Part shown: piece after piece, positions 52,866 to 64,000 of the stretch
Numbering within the stretch: position 1 is the first letter of the stretch
Layout: each line of letters begins with the position of its first letter
From: Parasitella parasitica NRRL 2501
Taxonomy: Eukaryota; Fungi; Mucoromycota
Assembly: GCA_025201805.1 (NCBI GenBank)
Contig: MU619242.1
Coordinates: 267,507 to 331,506 of the forward strand
Length of the DNA: 64,000 bases
Direction of reading: 5' to 3'
The notes under the pieces: model-generated
What the model saw: the letters and a program-made list of their open reading frames with translations, nothing else
Told to the model about the DNA's origin: nothing
Database searches by the model: none
Position numbers and translations under genes: made by a program

Positions 52866-54418
52866 AATTAATCTATAAATATTTATTCCTTCCTATAAAC
52901 AACACCAAGTATCAAAAAAGTCTAAAAGGTTACTTTATTTCTTTGGGTACAATTGTAGATCTTTTTTTTTTTTTTTTTTTTTTTTTTTGATATATAAAAA
53001 ATGCATATATCTTGACAGAAATGTGCAATACGGTTGTATATTATGACAGGATTTTCTAGTTGCTGGGAGGGGGAAGGGAAGGTATCAAAACTTCGTTTTT
53101 TTTCTGTTTTATTGTTTAATCTATTTCTTATTGAATGGTTTTCGAAAAACGGTGCTTCCGCCGATTGTGAAGTTTAATTTCCCGGTAATAAAAATTAGTT
53201 TGCCCAAGTCTATCAAAATAATTTGCCCGGCTTTTATATTTAATTTGGCCAAACTTGTGGTTAAAAAATGTTGAAAATTTTTTTTTATTCAAGCGCTTGA
53301 GAAAAACATTGATAAAATACTGGATAAAATTCTGTAAATGTTCAACGGGAACATCTATAACTCTCGTAATAAGATATTTAAGTGCTGTTAAGACACAGGT
53401 AATAGATCTTAAGAGAGAAGACGGATTGAAGGATTATTAACGTATATTGGTAAAGCATACATATTGACAGTGAGCACCAGGCTGATAATTGTCATATTAT
53501 ATTATTATTTAGAGTTATAGTAATAATTAGATGGGTAACGGTTGGTTCTGAGAAGAGCGTTATCAGTACAACAATGTCGAAAATAATAGTAATTATGGTT
53601 ATTTATTACTGCATCTAATTTGATAGTATGAAAATACAGCAATTGCGATTCGAATCAATTACAAATTATCAACAACTTTGTTTTTAATCAAGATAAAACT
53701 GAAGACGTAGTTATTAGCTGCAATGGTGCGTTATTGTGATAAGTCGATGGCATGTGGCGATTGCATAAATCCCCCTTATTTTCTCTCGATATATCACTCC
53801 CACAACCGTTTTTGAAAAACGTATGAAATTGGGTCTTATGGAATTGTATTTCGGGAAAGCAATAGAAAATTGGAAAAACATCACACATATATTTTTTTGG
53901 TGATTTTCTATGATAAGAATGTTGCATCAGTGCTGCAGGAGGGCAGAGCAGCGTTGCCGCCGTTCATAGCCTTTATGCAAAATTTGAAAGGGATAATTAA
54001 TTCCTGTTCAATCACATTTACTCTATTTACCATGATTTCCATTTATTAGCGCATTCAAGCCGAATATATGAGCTAATTTATGTTAGTAAGGCAAGAATAC
54101 GCGTTTGTTTCTAAACTCTCTCGAAGATAAACAAATTAGGTAATATTTCTACGTGACATTGTCGAAGAATTTGGTGCGGAACATTTAGCTTTTTTTCTCT
54201 TTCTTTAACACCACGAAGCATGCTGAACAACAAGGACATTATTTTTGACATTGAAACTACAAACTAAAGAACCATACCCAAATCATGGTCTATCTACATC
54301 GCCAGCCATACCTTGATGACTCAAAAAGTTCAAAATTCATTTTTATCTGCACTTTTTCTTCATGCCATGCAATTTAACACTCAAAATATGTCTTCACATT
54401 ATCATGTCTGTTAATATA

Positions 54419-55405
54419 CAGTAGCAGGGTTTCTTTTCTCTTTTGAAAAGGCGTTTGATTATGAGAAGTGCATTGAAGGGGATTATGCCTCTTGAAAGAT
54501 TGCGTTATACGGATGCGAAAGCAATCCAGGAATCCTTTCCTTTCATGACCTCCAGTGCTCTTCTGACCTCTTAGCGTGCAGTCTTTGCGTGTCAGCCTAA
54601 CGATCAACCAGGCACTTGATACCCTCGTTCTGACCCGCAGCGAAGTAGCTACGTGTAAAATTAATATGATGCCGAGTATTGGATGGAACATAAGTACTTT
54701 CAAGATATAAAAAAAATACTTTATCTAACTTTGTCTTCTAGATATTACCTTTCTTCCTGCTGACCTTTTTGGTAACTTAGTTAGCACAGTAGCAGGGTTT
54801 CTTTTCTATCTGAAAAGGCGTTTGATTATGAGAAGTGTATTGAAGGGGATTTTGCCTCTTGAAAGATTGCGTTATACGGATGCGAAAGCAATCCAGGAAT
54901 CCTTTCCTTTCATGACCTCCAGTGCTCTTCTGATCTCTTTGCGTGCAGTCTTTGCGTGTTGGCCTAACGATCAACCTGGCACTTGATACCCTCGCTCTGA
55001 CCCGCAGCAAAGTAGCTACATGCAAATATTGATATGATGCCGAATATTGGATGAAATATAAGTACTTTTAAGATATATAAAAAATAGTTTACCTAACTTT
55101 GTTTGTCTTCAAAAGATTACCTTCCTTCCTGCTGAACCTTTTGATAACTTACTCGGCACAGTAGCAGGGTTTCTTTTCTCTTTTGAAAAGGTGTTTGGTT
55201 ATGAGAAGTGTATTGAAGGGGATTTTGCCTCTTGAAAGATTGCGTTATACGGATGCGAAAGCAATCCAGGAATCCTTTCCTTTCATGACCTCCAATGCTC
55301 TTCTGACCTCTTTGCGTGCAGTCTTTGCGTGTCGGCCTAACGATCAGCCAGGCACTTGATACCCTCGCTCTGACCCGCAGCAAAGTAGCTACGTGCAAAT
55401 ATTGA
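54419..55405. repeat. Tandem triplication of a ~370-bp unit (2.7 copies)
   Basis: CAGTAGCAGGGTTTCTTTTCT starts at 54419, 54787 and 55159; the ~240-bp cores are highly similar. Confidence 0.95.
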
Positions 55406-55961
55406 CCTAAAATCGAAGCCAAATATCCTGCTTACATGATCTTGCTAGAGAAGACGTGAATGGCTTATCTCTTTGCAAGTCGATAAATACAGGACATGGT
55501 CAACCGGCACCTCCATCAGATACTATTCAACAAGGACACGTTTTGAAATATCATGGTAACTGTTATAGTTTTGAAATTGTTATCATTAATGAGCACTAAT
55601 CAAAACATTTGATGTAGTTGCTTACGTAGTTTATTCAGTGTTAGACCTATTTGTTTGATGCCACATGTTTGAGAAGCGTGATACATACTGTGAGTCGCCC
55701 CTTTGTGATAGCAGACACCTAAAAGCTAACCTATAAGTGTTGACGAGGTGTAAGAAAGACTAATAGATTTAGGACATATACCAATGATCGATATAGAATG
55801 TAGAATCAAACAACTTCTATTCTTTCCAAGAGTCTTGCAGCATAATATATACGTTTTCTTTTTTTTTTTCTAGTAAATTTTGAAATAAATGATGGCTTCC
55901 ATATATTTCTTTACGACTGCCTTCTTTGTTCTGGCATAATATTTCTCTGGGAAGCTCATTA

Positions 55962-57081
55962 TCGTATTTTCAAATCAAACTCACAAAATATTTGGGGGTA
56001 CCTACAAAATCTGAATATAAAGCTCACAAAAATGCTCTAATCCACTCTGTATTTTTAAGAAACATAATTGATGAAGAAGATGAAGAAAATATTTTGACAT
56101 TAGAGCAACTGCAGCAAAGACTTATTGACGAGTTCCCAGTAGAGTTTCCTTCAAAAAATGCAATTGGGTTTCTACAATCCAAAAACATATAACTCAGAAG
56201 CTGTGCTTGACTCTCAAGAGAACATCGCCAGTGGAAGAAATACAAGCAACTGAAAGAATAGCAAGAGAGCGAAAAGATTACTGCATTGGCCTTTCGCTCA
56301 AGGGTATTAACTACATGACAAATTGTATTTTTGTTGATGAAAGTGGATTTAGTGCTTGTATGGTACCTGGACGTGCGAGATCAGCCAAAGGAAAAAAGGT
56401 TCATATAATCACAAAGACGAAAAGGGGCAAAAACATTGCAATCATTGGTGCTATTTCAGCATAACGGGTTGAATCTTTACAAGCTGTTATGGTAGATGGT
56501 TCTACAAACAGGTTTATCTTTGCTGAATTTATCAAGCAGCTGTTGGAATGGGTTGATAAAGAGTACCCACATCAAGAATTCTATTTTATTATGGATAATG
56601 TAAAATTTCACAAAAGTCCTATTGTACAGGATCTTTTTAAACACTCAAAACATAGCTGCCATTTTCTGCCACCATATTCTCCTATGCTAAATCCTATAGA
56701 AACTAGCTTCAAAAAATTGAAAAACTTTGTTAGAAGGAACCCAAAGGAAAACAAAGAGACTATCTTGGAGCTCATTAAGGAAGCAGAGAAGAAAATAACG
56801 CCTCAAGACTGTGAAGGATGGGTCCATCATTGTATCAATATCATTGTATCAATAATGTCAATAGATGTATTGCTGGAGAAGATCTCACGTTTGAAAATTA
56901 GTGTTATGTTTTATTGAATAAATTGATTTTCTTTACCAAAGTTGTTATTCCTAAGTACTGAGGGTTCGAGAAGTAATTTTTGTGAGATTGACTAGGTCAA
57001 TTTTGTGAGTTTGATTAGATCATTTTTGTGAGATTTATGTAGGACCCCCAAATATTTTGTGAGTTTGATTTGAAAATACGA
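55962..57081 (+). mobile_element. Internally deleted IS630/Tc1 (DD34E) DNA transposon, TA TSD
   Basis: [40 protein letters not shown] at both ends. TA at 55960-55961 and 57082-57083. FVDESGF, IMDNVKFH and PPYSPMLNPIE with 34 aa between D and E. Stops and frameshifts present; most of the N-terminus is missing. Confidence 0.93.
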
Positions 57082-57952
57082 TAACAAACAATAATATCCA
57101 CCAATATGCAGCCAATGAAACACTGAACTATCAAGAGAACAGATCAAGGCCCTTGGATTATAATAATCCAATATAAACCTTCATAATAATATTTTGTATA
57201 ATCCTTAGATTGACTTTGATCTTGATAAATTATAAACATTCTTAACAGACTCGTCGTTCAAGTTCTAATATTAATATCAAAGGCTCTCACACAAGAATTA
57301 GCTTTACTTTCTGTCGTATATGAGACCTCATATAATTCCTCTTCTAGTTCTCGTTGCTGCAAGAATCACTTTTTGTTGAATGAAGATTGAGAATTTTATC
57401 CCAAAGTGTGTCAATATGTTGAAGACGTCCGTCTTGAGAAAGCATTTAGATAAACTAGGGCACTGCGGATTATCAGCGTGAAGAGTTGAGCAGCGCCATA
57501 TCATATACCAAGAATTGATTTGCAAATAGCAGGACACGCCGTTTCTTGATCTTTTTTTTATTATATCATGTTTATTATTTTCTCGTTTATGGTAAAATAG
57601 CTTATAAAGAAGGTAACATTACTTTGAGAAGTTATTATCAGTCGCATTCCAAATTTGGAAGCTCAGTTTATTTAATCAATAAATCAACCAACCAAGAAAG
57701 AATAGAGCTAACAATTGCTTTGGTTGGTTTTCAATTTCATTCCAATTTGTTGGTTTTTGAACGTTAAGCCAATAACATCTCATGTGTATTTTCATTTTTC
57801 CCAAACAGAGTGAATAATGTTGAAAGTCAGGCAAAAAAACTCAAATCTTTCGAAATTAGACATGGTCTTAACAGCAAAGGCGACTTTTAAGCTGCACACT
57901 CTGTTTTATTTAATACAAATATGTTGACACTTTTTATTACTACAAACACAAA

Positions 57953-60900
57953 GTGTCTGCTATTAGAATTTGTTTAAGCTGTGGTCAAGAAGGCTATTTA
58001 CGTTCTACAAGCAGGCTTTGCCTCAATAATACCCGTTCTAACAGTAGCACTTGCGCAAGCTGTGGTGGTATAGGCCATCGTCGATCTTCTCATCGTGATT
58101 GCGCTAACAACATTACTAATCGTATGTCTCAAATTTGTTTTCATTCTACAATCATAATCGAATTTTTTGTATAAACTAGGGCCTCAACCTGAAACTATGG
58201 AAGTAGATCAGCAAGCAGAAACAATCAGCGCTAATGATGCAACAACTAGCAGCCCTGTTTGTTCAAGCTGTGGACAAGAAGGTCATTTGCGACCTAACAG
58301 TAGATTGTGCTCCAACTCAACGCACAACAATACTCATAACATGGCCAGAAGAAGTACACCCTCTTTCACCGAGCGCCATGATCTTGGTGGAATGAACAGC
58401 ATTTGTCGCCATTGTCAAGCACGCATGTGGGCATCAGAAAAGAATGGAGGCACGAATGCAAACCCCGATTTCTCTTTGTGCTGTGGCAAGGGTAAATACG
58501 TTGTTGACCCTTTGCCCGAGATGCCTGAGTTGATTGCCAATTTATTGAGAGGATCAGACGAACAAAGCAAGGAGTTTAGGTCAAATCTAAGAGCTTACAA
58601 CAGTGCTCTGGGGTTCACCTCGCTAGGTTGTAACCTTGACTCGACAGTAGCCAATGCACGTGTAGGCGCCTATTCATTTAAAATTCATGGCAGCCTTTAT
58701 CATAGAATCGGAACCTTGCATCCAGGAGTAGGTGAGGCACCTAAATTTGCTCAAATCTATATCCACGACTCTGGAAATGAGATTCGAAACCGCCATGCTC
58801 ACAACCAGCATCTTAATATCACCACCTTGACCAACCTTCAAGCACTTATGCATGACGTAAATCGTTTTGTCTATGATTTCAAGTCAATGACTCAGTTGAT
58901 TGCAGAGAACCCTAGCTCTGTTCCTGATGTCTCAATGGTATTTAGAGCTGAAGGTACACCAGATCGAAGGAGATACAACGCACCAACTACTTCTACCGAG
59001 ATTGGTGTACTCATTGTTGGAGACGATAACCCAGAAACAACAAGAGACATTGTAATACGACCTACAAATGGAGGTCCTCTTCAAAGAATAAGTGAATTGA
59101 ATCAATGGTATGACGCGATGGCCTATGTCTTGATGTTTCCTTATGGCACTCCAAGTTGGAATATTGAGACCGTCTCTTTGAGTGGCAAAAAAGTAACTGC
59201 TATGAACTACTATGCTTTTAAATTAATGACTAGAGGTGGCAATCATTGTCTTCATTTGTTTGGCAATTTGTTTCAGCAGTTCATTGTGGATATGTACGCC
59301 AAGATTGAGCAACAACGCCTTCAGTTTCTTAGACACAATCAAAAGTTACTAAGATCGCATTTACTGAGTGGTTTAGAGGATGCAGTAAGATTGGAAGATG
59401 GATCCACCGATTTAAGTATAGTTGGCCGTAGAGTGATTTTACCAAGTTTATTTATTGGATCAGCACGTTACATGCAGCAGCTATACCAGGACGCCATCAG
59501 CATCGTAAGAAGGTTTGGCAAGCCCGACTTTTTCATCACCTTCACATGCAATCCAAAGTGGCCCGAGATTCAACGCGAGCTCTTACATGCCAATCAGACA
59601 ACCCCTGATCGTCCTGATCTTTGTGCCGGTGTCTTCCAAAAGAAACTCAGTGTTTTTATGAAAGACTTGATCTCAAAGCAGATTTTAGGAAAAGTTGTTG
59701 CTCACATACATGTCATTGAGTTTCAGAAACGAGGCCTTCCTCACGCACACATTCTTTTGATTGTATCTGATGCCGATAAACCTCGGACTGTAGAAGATAT
59801 TGACAAGATTGTTTCAGCAAAGATTCCTGATCCACAACTTCAACCTTTAGCTTACCAAACAGTAATAAAAAGCATGATGCATGGACCATGTGGTAATCTT
59901 TGGCCAAACGCACCATGTATGAAGGATGGAAAATGCTCAAAGTCATATCCTCACAAATACAACCAAAGCACTACCATTGAAGAAGGATCTGGATTTCCAA
60001 AATATCATAGACCTTACGATGGAAGGTTTGTCTATCGCCGCGATGTTCCACTTGGTAATGAATGGGTTGTCCCCCACAACATTGACCTTTGCATCAAATA
60101 TGACGCCCATATCAATGTCGAGATATGCAACACTGTAAAAAGTGTGAAATACATTTACAAGTATGTGTATAAGGGCCACGATCGGGCAAGCGTAGAAATG
60201 GCAACAGAAAGACAAGAAGGCCAAACCATAGAAGGAAACGATGAAATCAAGCAGTTTTTAGATGCCCGGTATGTCTCTGCTTCTGAGGCATGCTGGCGCA
60301 TTTTTCACTTTTCCTTGCATAAAGAGTATCCATCACATCAAAGACTTCAAATTCATCTGGAAGGACAACAGAATGTATGCTTTGATGAGACTACCAATAG
60401 GCTATTAGTTGAAATTGTTGAGGATGCCCAGGCTAAGGACACAACACTTACAGCTTGGTTCAGGTACAACCGTACGAACGAATCTGCCAGGCAATATCTC
60501 TATGCCGAGTTCCCAGAGCATTTTGTATGGAAGGATTATAGCTGGCGCCCTAGAAGGAACCCAAATGGTGATACTATAGGCCGTATTTATACTGTATCCC
60601 CTAACACTCAAGAAAAGTACTATCTTCGGATGCTTCTCCACCATATACGCGGCGCCAAGAGCTATCAGGATCTTCGTACTGTTGATCAGCATGTATACCC
60701 TACATTCCAAGCAGCAGCAAGAGCGTTAAATCTATTGGCTTCTGATGAGCAATGGGATGCGTGTTTGACAGAGTGTCTTAGCTTCCAATCTCCTGTACAG
60801 TTAAGAAAGCTGTTTTCTACCATTCTTTTGTTTTGCATACCATCAAATCCTCTCAGTTTATGGAATACATTTAAAGGGCATTTAGCTGAGGATTATATTC

Positions 60901-62603
60901 ATAGGGTAAGCTCTGAACTTAATGTCTCTGTCCTTTTAGAATCAAGTTTGAAAGAGTGCTACAACAACTGCCTTCTTGATATCAATGATCTTTTGGCTGC
61001 TAGCGGAAGATCTGTAACTGATTTTGAAGGGTTTTATTTGCCTACAAACGACACTCGAAACAATGGGTTTAGCTCTGCCCCTCCCTTGCTGCGTGAACAT
61101 TTGATTTTAAATGCTGCAGCCTCTACGTGCCCTGATCCCTCTTTGCTGCCTTTTAACGACAATCAAAAAGCCTTATTCGACATGGTTTTAGAGCTCACAG
61201 AGGAACCCCACTCAACACAACCAAGAATCATGTTCATTGATGGACCAGGCGGTACTGGAAAAACCTTTTTGTTCAATGCATTACTTGACTCTGTACGTCG
61301 TAAAAACGAGATCGCAATTGCTGTTGCCCATAGTGGTACTGCAGCCACTCTTCTTAAAGGTGGTAGAACAGCACATTCAACATTCAAGATACCAATAGTA
61401 GTATCAGGTGAAACAGTTTGCATGATCACGCCTTCATGTCAGGAAGCAAAAATTATTAGGAGTGCCAAGCTTATAGTCTGGGATGAAGCATCTATGATTA
61501 GTACAGATCAGATAATGACAGTGGATCGTACCTTACGAGATATAATGAAAGTAGAAAACCCGTTGTAGGAGCACGTTCCTCTTGGTGGTAAGCTGTTTGT
61601 TTTTGGAGGCGACTTTCGTCAGGTTTTACCTGTTATTCCTCGAGCACAAAGACCAACCATCATAAGCCAATGCTTGAACAACTCTCCTCTCTGGCCGCAT
61701 GTTAAAGCATCCAAACTTCACACAAATATGCGTGTACAACAAGCCCTTTCTGCCAACGACACACAACTAGCTGCAGAACTTCAAGATTTTGCTTCATATC
61801 TGCTCAGGATTGGTGATGAAAAAGAAAAAACTGTCAACGAAACGCCCCTTATCCAACTTAAAGACGAAATGCTTCTACCAGGCTCGGACATCTCTACACT
61901 AGCAACAGCAGTGTATAACAAATTCCAAAATTCGATTGACCTTGAAGCAAGCGCATTAGTTTCAAAAGCCATTCTTGCACCAAAAAATACACAGGTAGCT
62001 GAAATCAACAGTCTGATAATGGACCAATTCCCTGGAGAATATGTTGAATTCCTTAGTGCTGATTCTGCAGACGATGAAAGTCGGTCCATGCTATACCCAG
62101 TTGAATACCTAAATTCTCTCAACCCAGGCTCATTACCACCTCACTGTTTAAAGTTGAAGGTTGGCTCACCTATAATGATGCTCAGAAACCTTTCACCTAA
62201 AACTGGTGTATGCAATGGCACTCGATTGATATGCAAGTCATTCAAAGCACACATTATTGAAGCAGAAATAGTAACAGGCCCAAACAAAGGGGCTACATTC
62301 TTAATTCCCAGAATTGATGTATTCTCAAATGAAGCACAAACAACAATACCTTTCAGAAGAAGACAATTTCCGGTTAGACCGGCATTTGCCATGACCATCA
62401 ACAAGGCCCAAGGTCAAACTCTCGACTTTCTTGGTCTTTTTCTCAATTCTTCCGTCTTCTCACATGGCCAGTTATATGTTGCTTTCTCGCGCATTAAGCA
62501 GCCATCTTTAATCAAAATTCTCTTGGATAGAAAAACCTCAACTATCAAAAACTATACAGGATCATACACCGATAACCTTGTATTCCATGAAGTATTCAAA
62601 TAA
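57953..62603 (+). pseudogene. Helitron Rep/helicase (HUH Y2 Rep plus PIF1 helicase) with one in-frame TAG
   Basis: Rep motifs FITFTCNPKW, EFQKRGLPHAH and KYIYKYVYKG. Helicase GPGGTGKT, WDEASM, GDFRQVLPV, AMTINKAQGQTL, HGQLYVAFSR. TAG at 61566-61568 with the frame continuing. An in-frame intron at 58122-58179 joins the zinc-knuckle exon. Confidence 0.95.
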
Positions 62604-62756
62604 CTCTACTGCTTTCTACATTTTTTTTTCTATTGTGCCTTTCTACATCTATGTTATTATTCCTGTCTAACAGTATACTTTAAATTATAAATAACAACAA
62701 TAAAAGAACATTGAATACTTTATTAGCATTTATAGAAAATTGAGCTCCCGATAGGG

Positions 62757-62796
62757 CGACGATGGCCGTCGTGAGCGAAGCGAGCAGGTCAGCTAG
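62757..62796 (+). mobile_element. Helitron 3' terminus (hairpin plus CTAG, followed by T)
   Basis: CGACG-atggc-CGTCG stem at 62757-62771, GCGAAGC mini-hairpin at 62775-62781, CTAG at 62793-62796, then TTTTTT. The 5' TC end was not securely identified. Confidence 0.85.
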
Positions 62797-62914
62797 TTTT
62801 TTATAAAAAGTGACCAAACAAATGACCAATATTTCGTTTACGCGGGGTCCATCTCGCTCTGTGAGGCTTCCAGTCGCTGAAATAAATGAAACTTTATTGT
62901 ATTTTTACAGTGTG

Positions 62915-62967
62915 AACTGATCATCACATAAAAAGAATCTCCCTAAATATTATGAATATGAACTTCA
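62915..62967 (+). repeat. 53-bp diverged fragment of the family-B LTR
   Basis: 49/53 identity to LTR-B AACTGATCATCACATAAAAAGAATCTCC...ATGAACTTCA. Confidence 0.85.
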
Positions 62968-64000
62968 CTAGTTTTGTATAAAGACATATTTATCATGTAA
63001 TATTACATAAATGGAATGAACCAAAAAGAGCTCATTTTTGAAATGCAACATGTAGATACCTATTATTGCTATTTTCGGGAGCGATGGAGGCAATATAGTA
63101 TAACACCTTAAGTGAAAAGAGCATAGTGTGGTAAAAAGTGCAAAAACAACGATATATACAATTTATTTCCTTCTCTATTTTGGAAGTAGGATAATGTGCA
63201 TTGGTTAAACATTTCCACTCTATTTATGTTCGTTGTTGTAAACGGTCTGTCAGTCAGTTATGCCGTAACTGTCAGTCGGACCAAGTCAAGTACGGTATTC
63301 TAATATCGATATTTCTGACACATTTGTAAATGACATGCACGGACCAGTCCTTACATTGGTCTATGCGTCCCAAATGTGATTTGTGATTCGATTTCTTTTT
63401 GTTGGTTCTTAATTGATTATAAATGCTTTGTGGTCTCACGGCTAGATATTTAGGTAATTTGTTTGTTAGCTTGATTTGGAACCTCTAAGGTAGTTCCGTA
63501 AGAGATGACATTCAATTACTTCTTTGTAGGAAGTTCTATTACTTCAGCACACATATTAGTCTATTATATTTTATACTGAAACATCTTTTTACTTACATAT
63601 TAACTAAAAAGCCAAGTATATTTGGTTCACTATTAGTTCTACCATAAATTTGGCAATCCCCGAAAAAGTGCTATGCTTTCAAGTCAAATATACGATCTAT
63701 TATACCCCGTAGTGCGTCAGAATAGGACTAATTAACCATATTCGAATCTTGTTAGCAACAAGACACACTTTGATAGTCATTCTCTCGCTGAATCTGATTA
63801 ACTTGTGCTAGATTATTGTCCTCAAGATATATCTCATGATTTGCAAAGAATACTACCGATGCAAGAAAATACATTAGCATAACTATTCTTAAAGATTTGA
63901 TCTCAAATAACCTTTGCATTGACTATCATGAAAAAAAAAAAAGAATTTCCAGCGAAACCAATTAACAATTACTAATAATTTTAGCAAATTAATCAAAGCA

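Noticed and set aside
54419-55405. CRISPR-like array
   Set aside because: Eukaryotic context; units are ~370 bp with homologous spacers and there are no cas genes.
61560-61580. Programmed stop-codon readthrough in RepHel
   Set aside because: The TAG falls between helicase motifs II and III without a known readthrough context; a simple nonsense mutation is more parsimonious.

Overview
Eukaryotic, AT-rich fungal DNA with short GT-AG introns; the gene set and transposon content suggest Mucorales (inference). Two compact gene blocks alternate with three transposon-rich islands. Block 1 (7.7-20.1 kb): MSP1, THP3/LENG8-like, TTI1, LIM, RINGv-like membrane protein, homeobox and RRM genes. Block 2 (32.2-52.9 kb): UBC8, HSPA12-like, NST1, DEF1, GEM1, CDC9, BUB3, an unannotated OB-fold gene resembling TPP1/Tpz1/Est3, and QCR6. 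Island 1 (1-7.6 kb) holds the N-terminus of a Crypton-like recombinase, a decayed USP-like protease region, a solo LTR with TSD, a 5'-truncated L1-like LINE with a 14-bp TSD, and a Tc1 relic. Island 2 (20.2-32 kb) holds a TA-flanked MITE and a near-intact chromodomain Gypsy element that lacks a tRNA PBS (candidate self-priming). That element is nested in a second LTR family and followed by two back-to-back LTR palindromes (candidate hairpin-RNA/siRNA locus). Island 3 (53-64 kb) holds a ~370-bp tandem triplication, a deleted DD34E Tc1 element, and a Helitron RepHel with N-terminal zinc knuckles, one nonsense mutation and a canonical hairpin-CTAG 3' end. All calls come from manual motif reading; no database searches were run.
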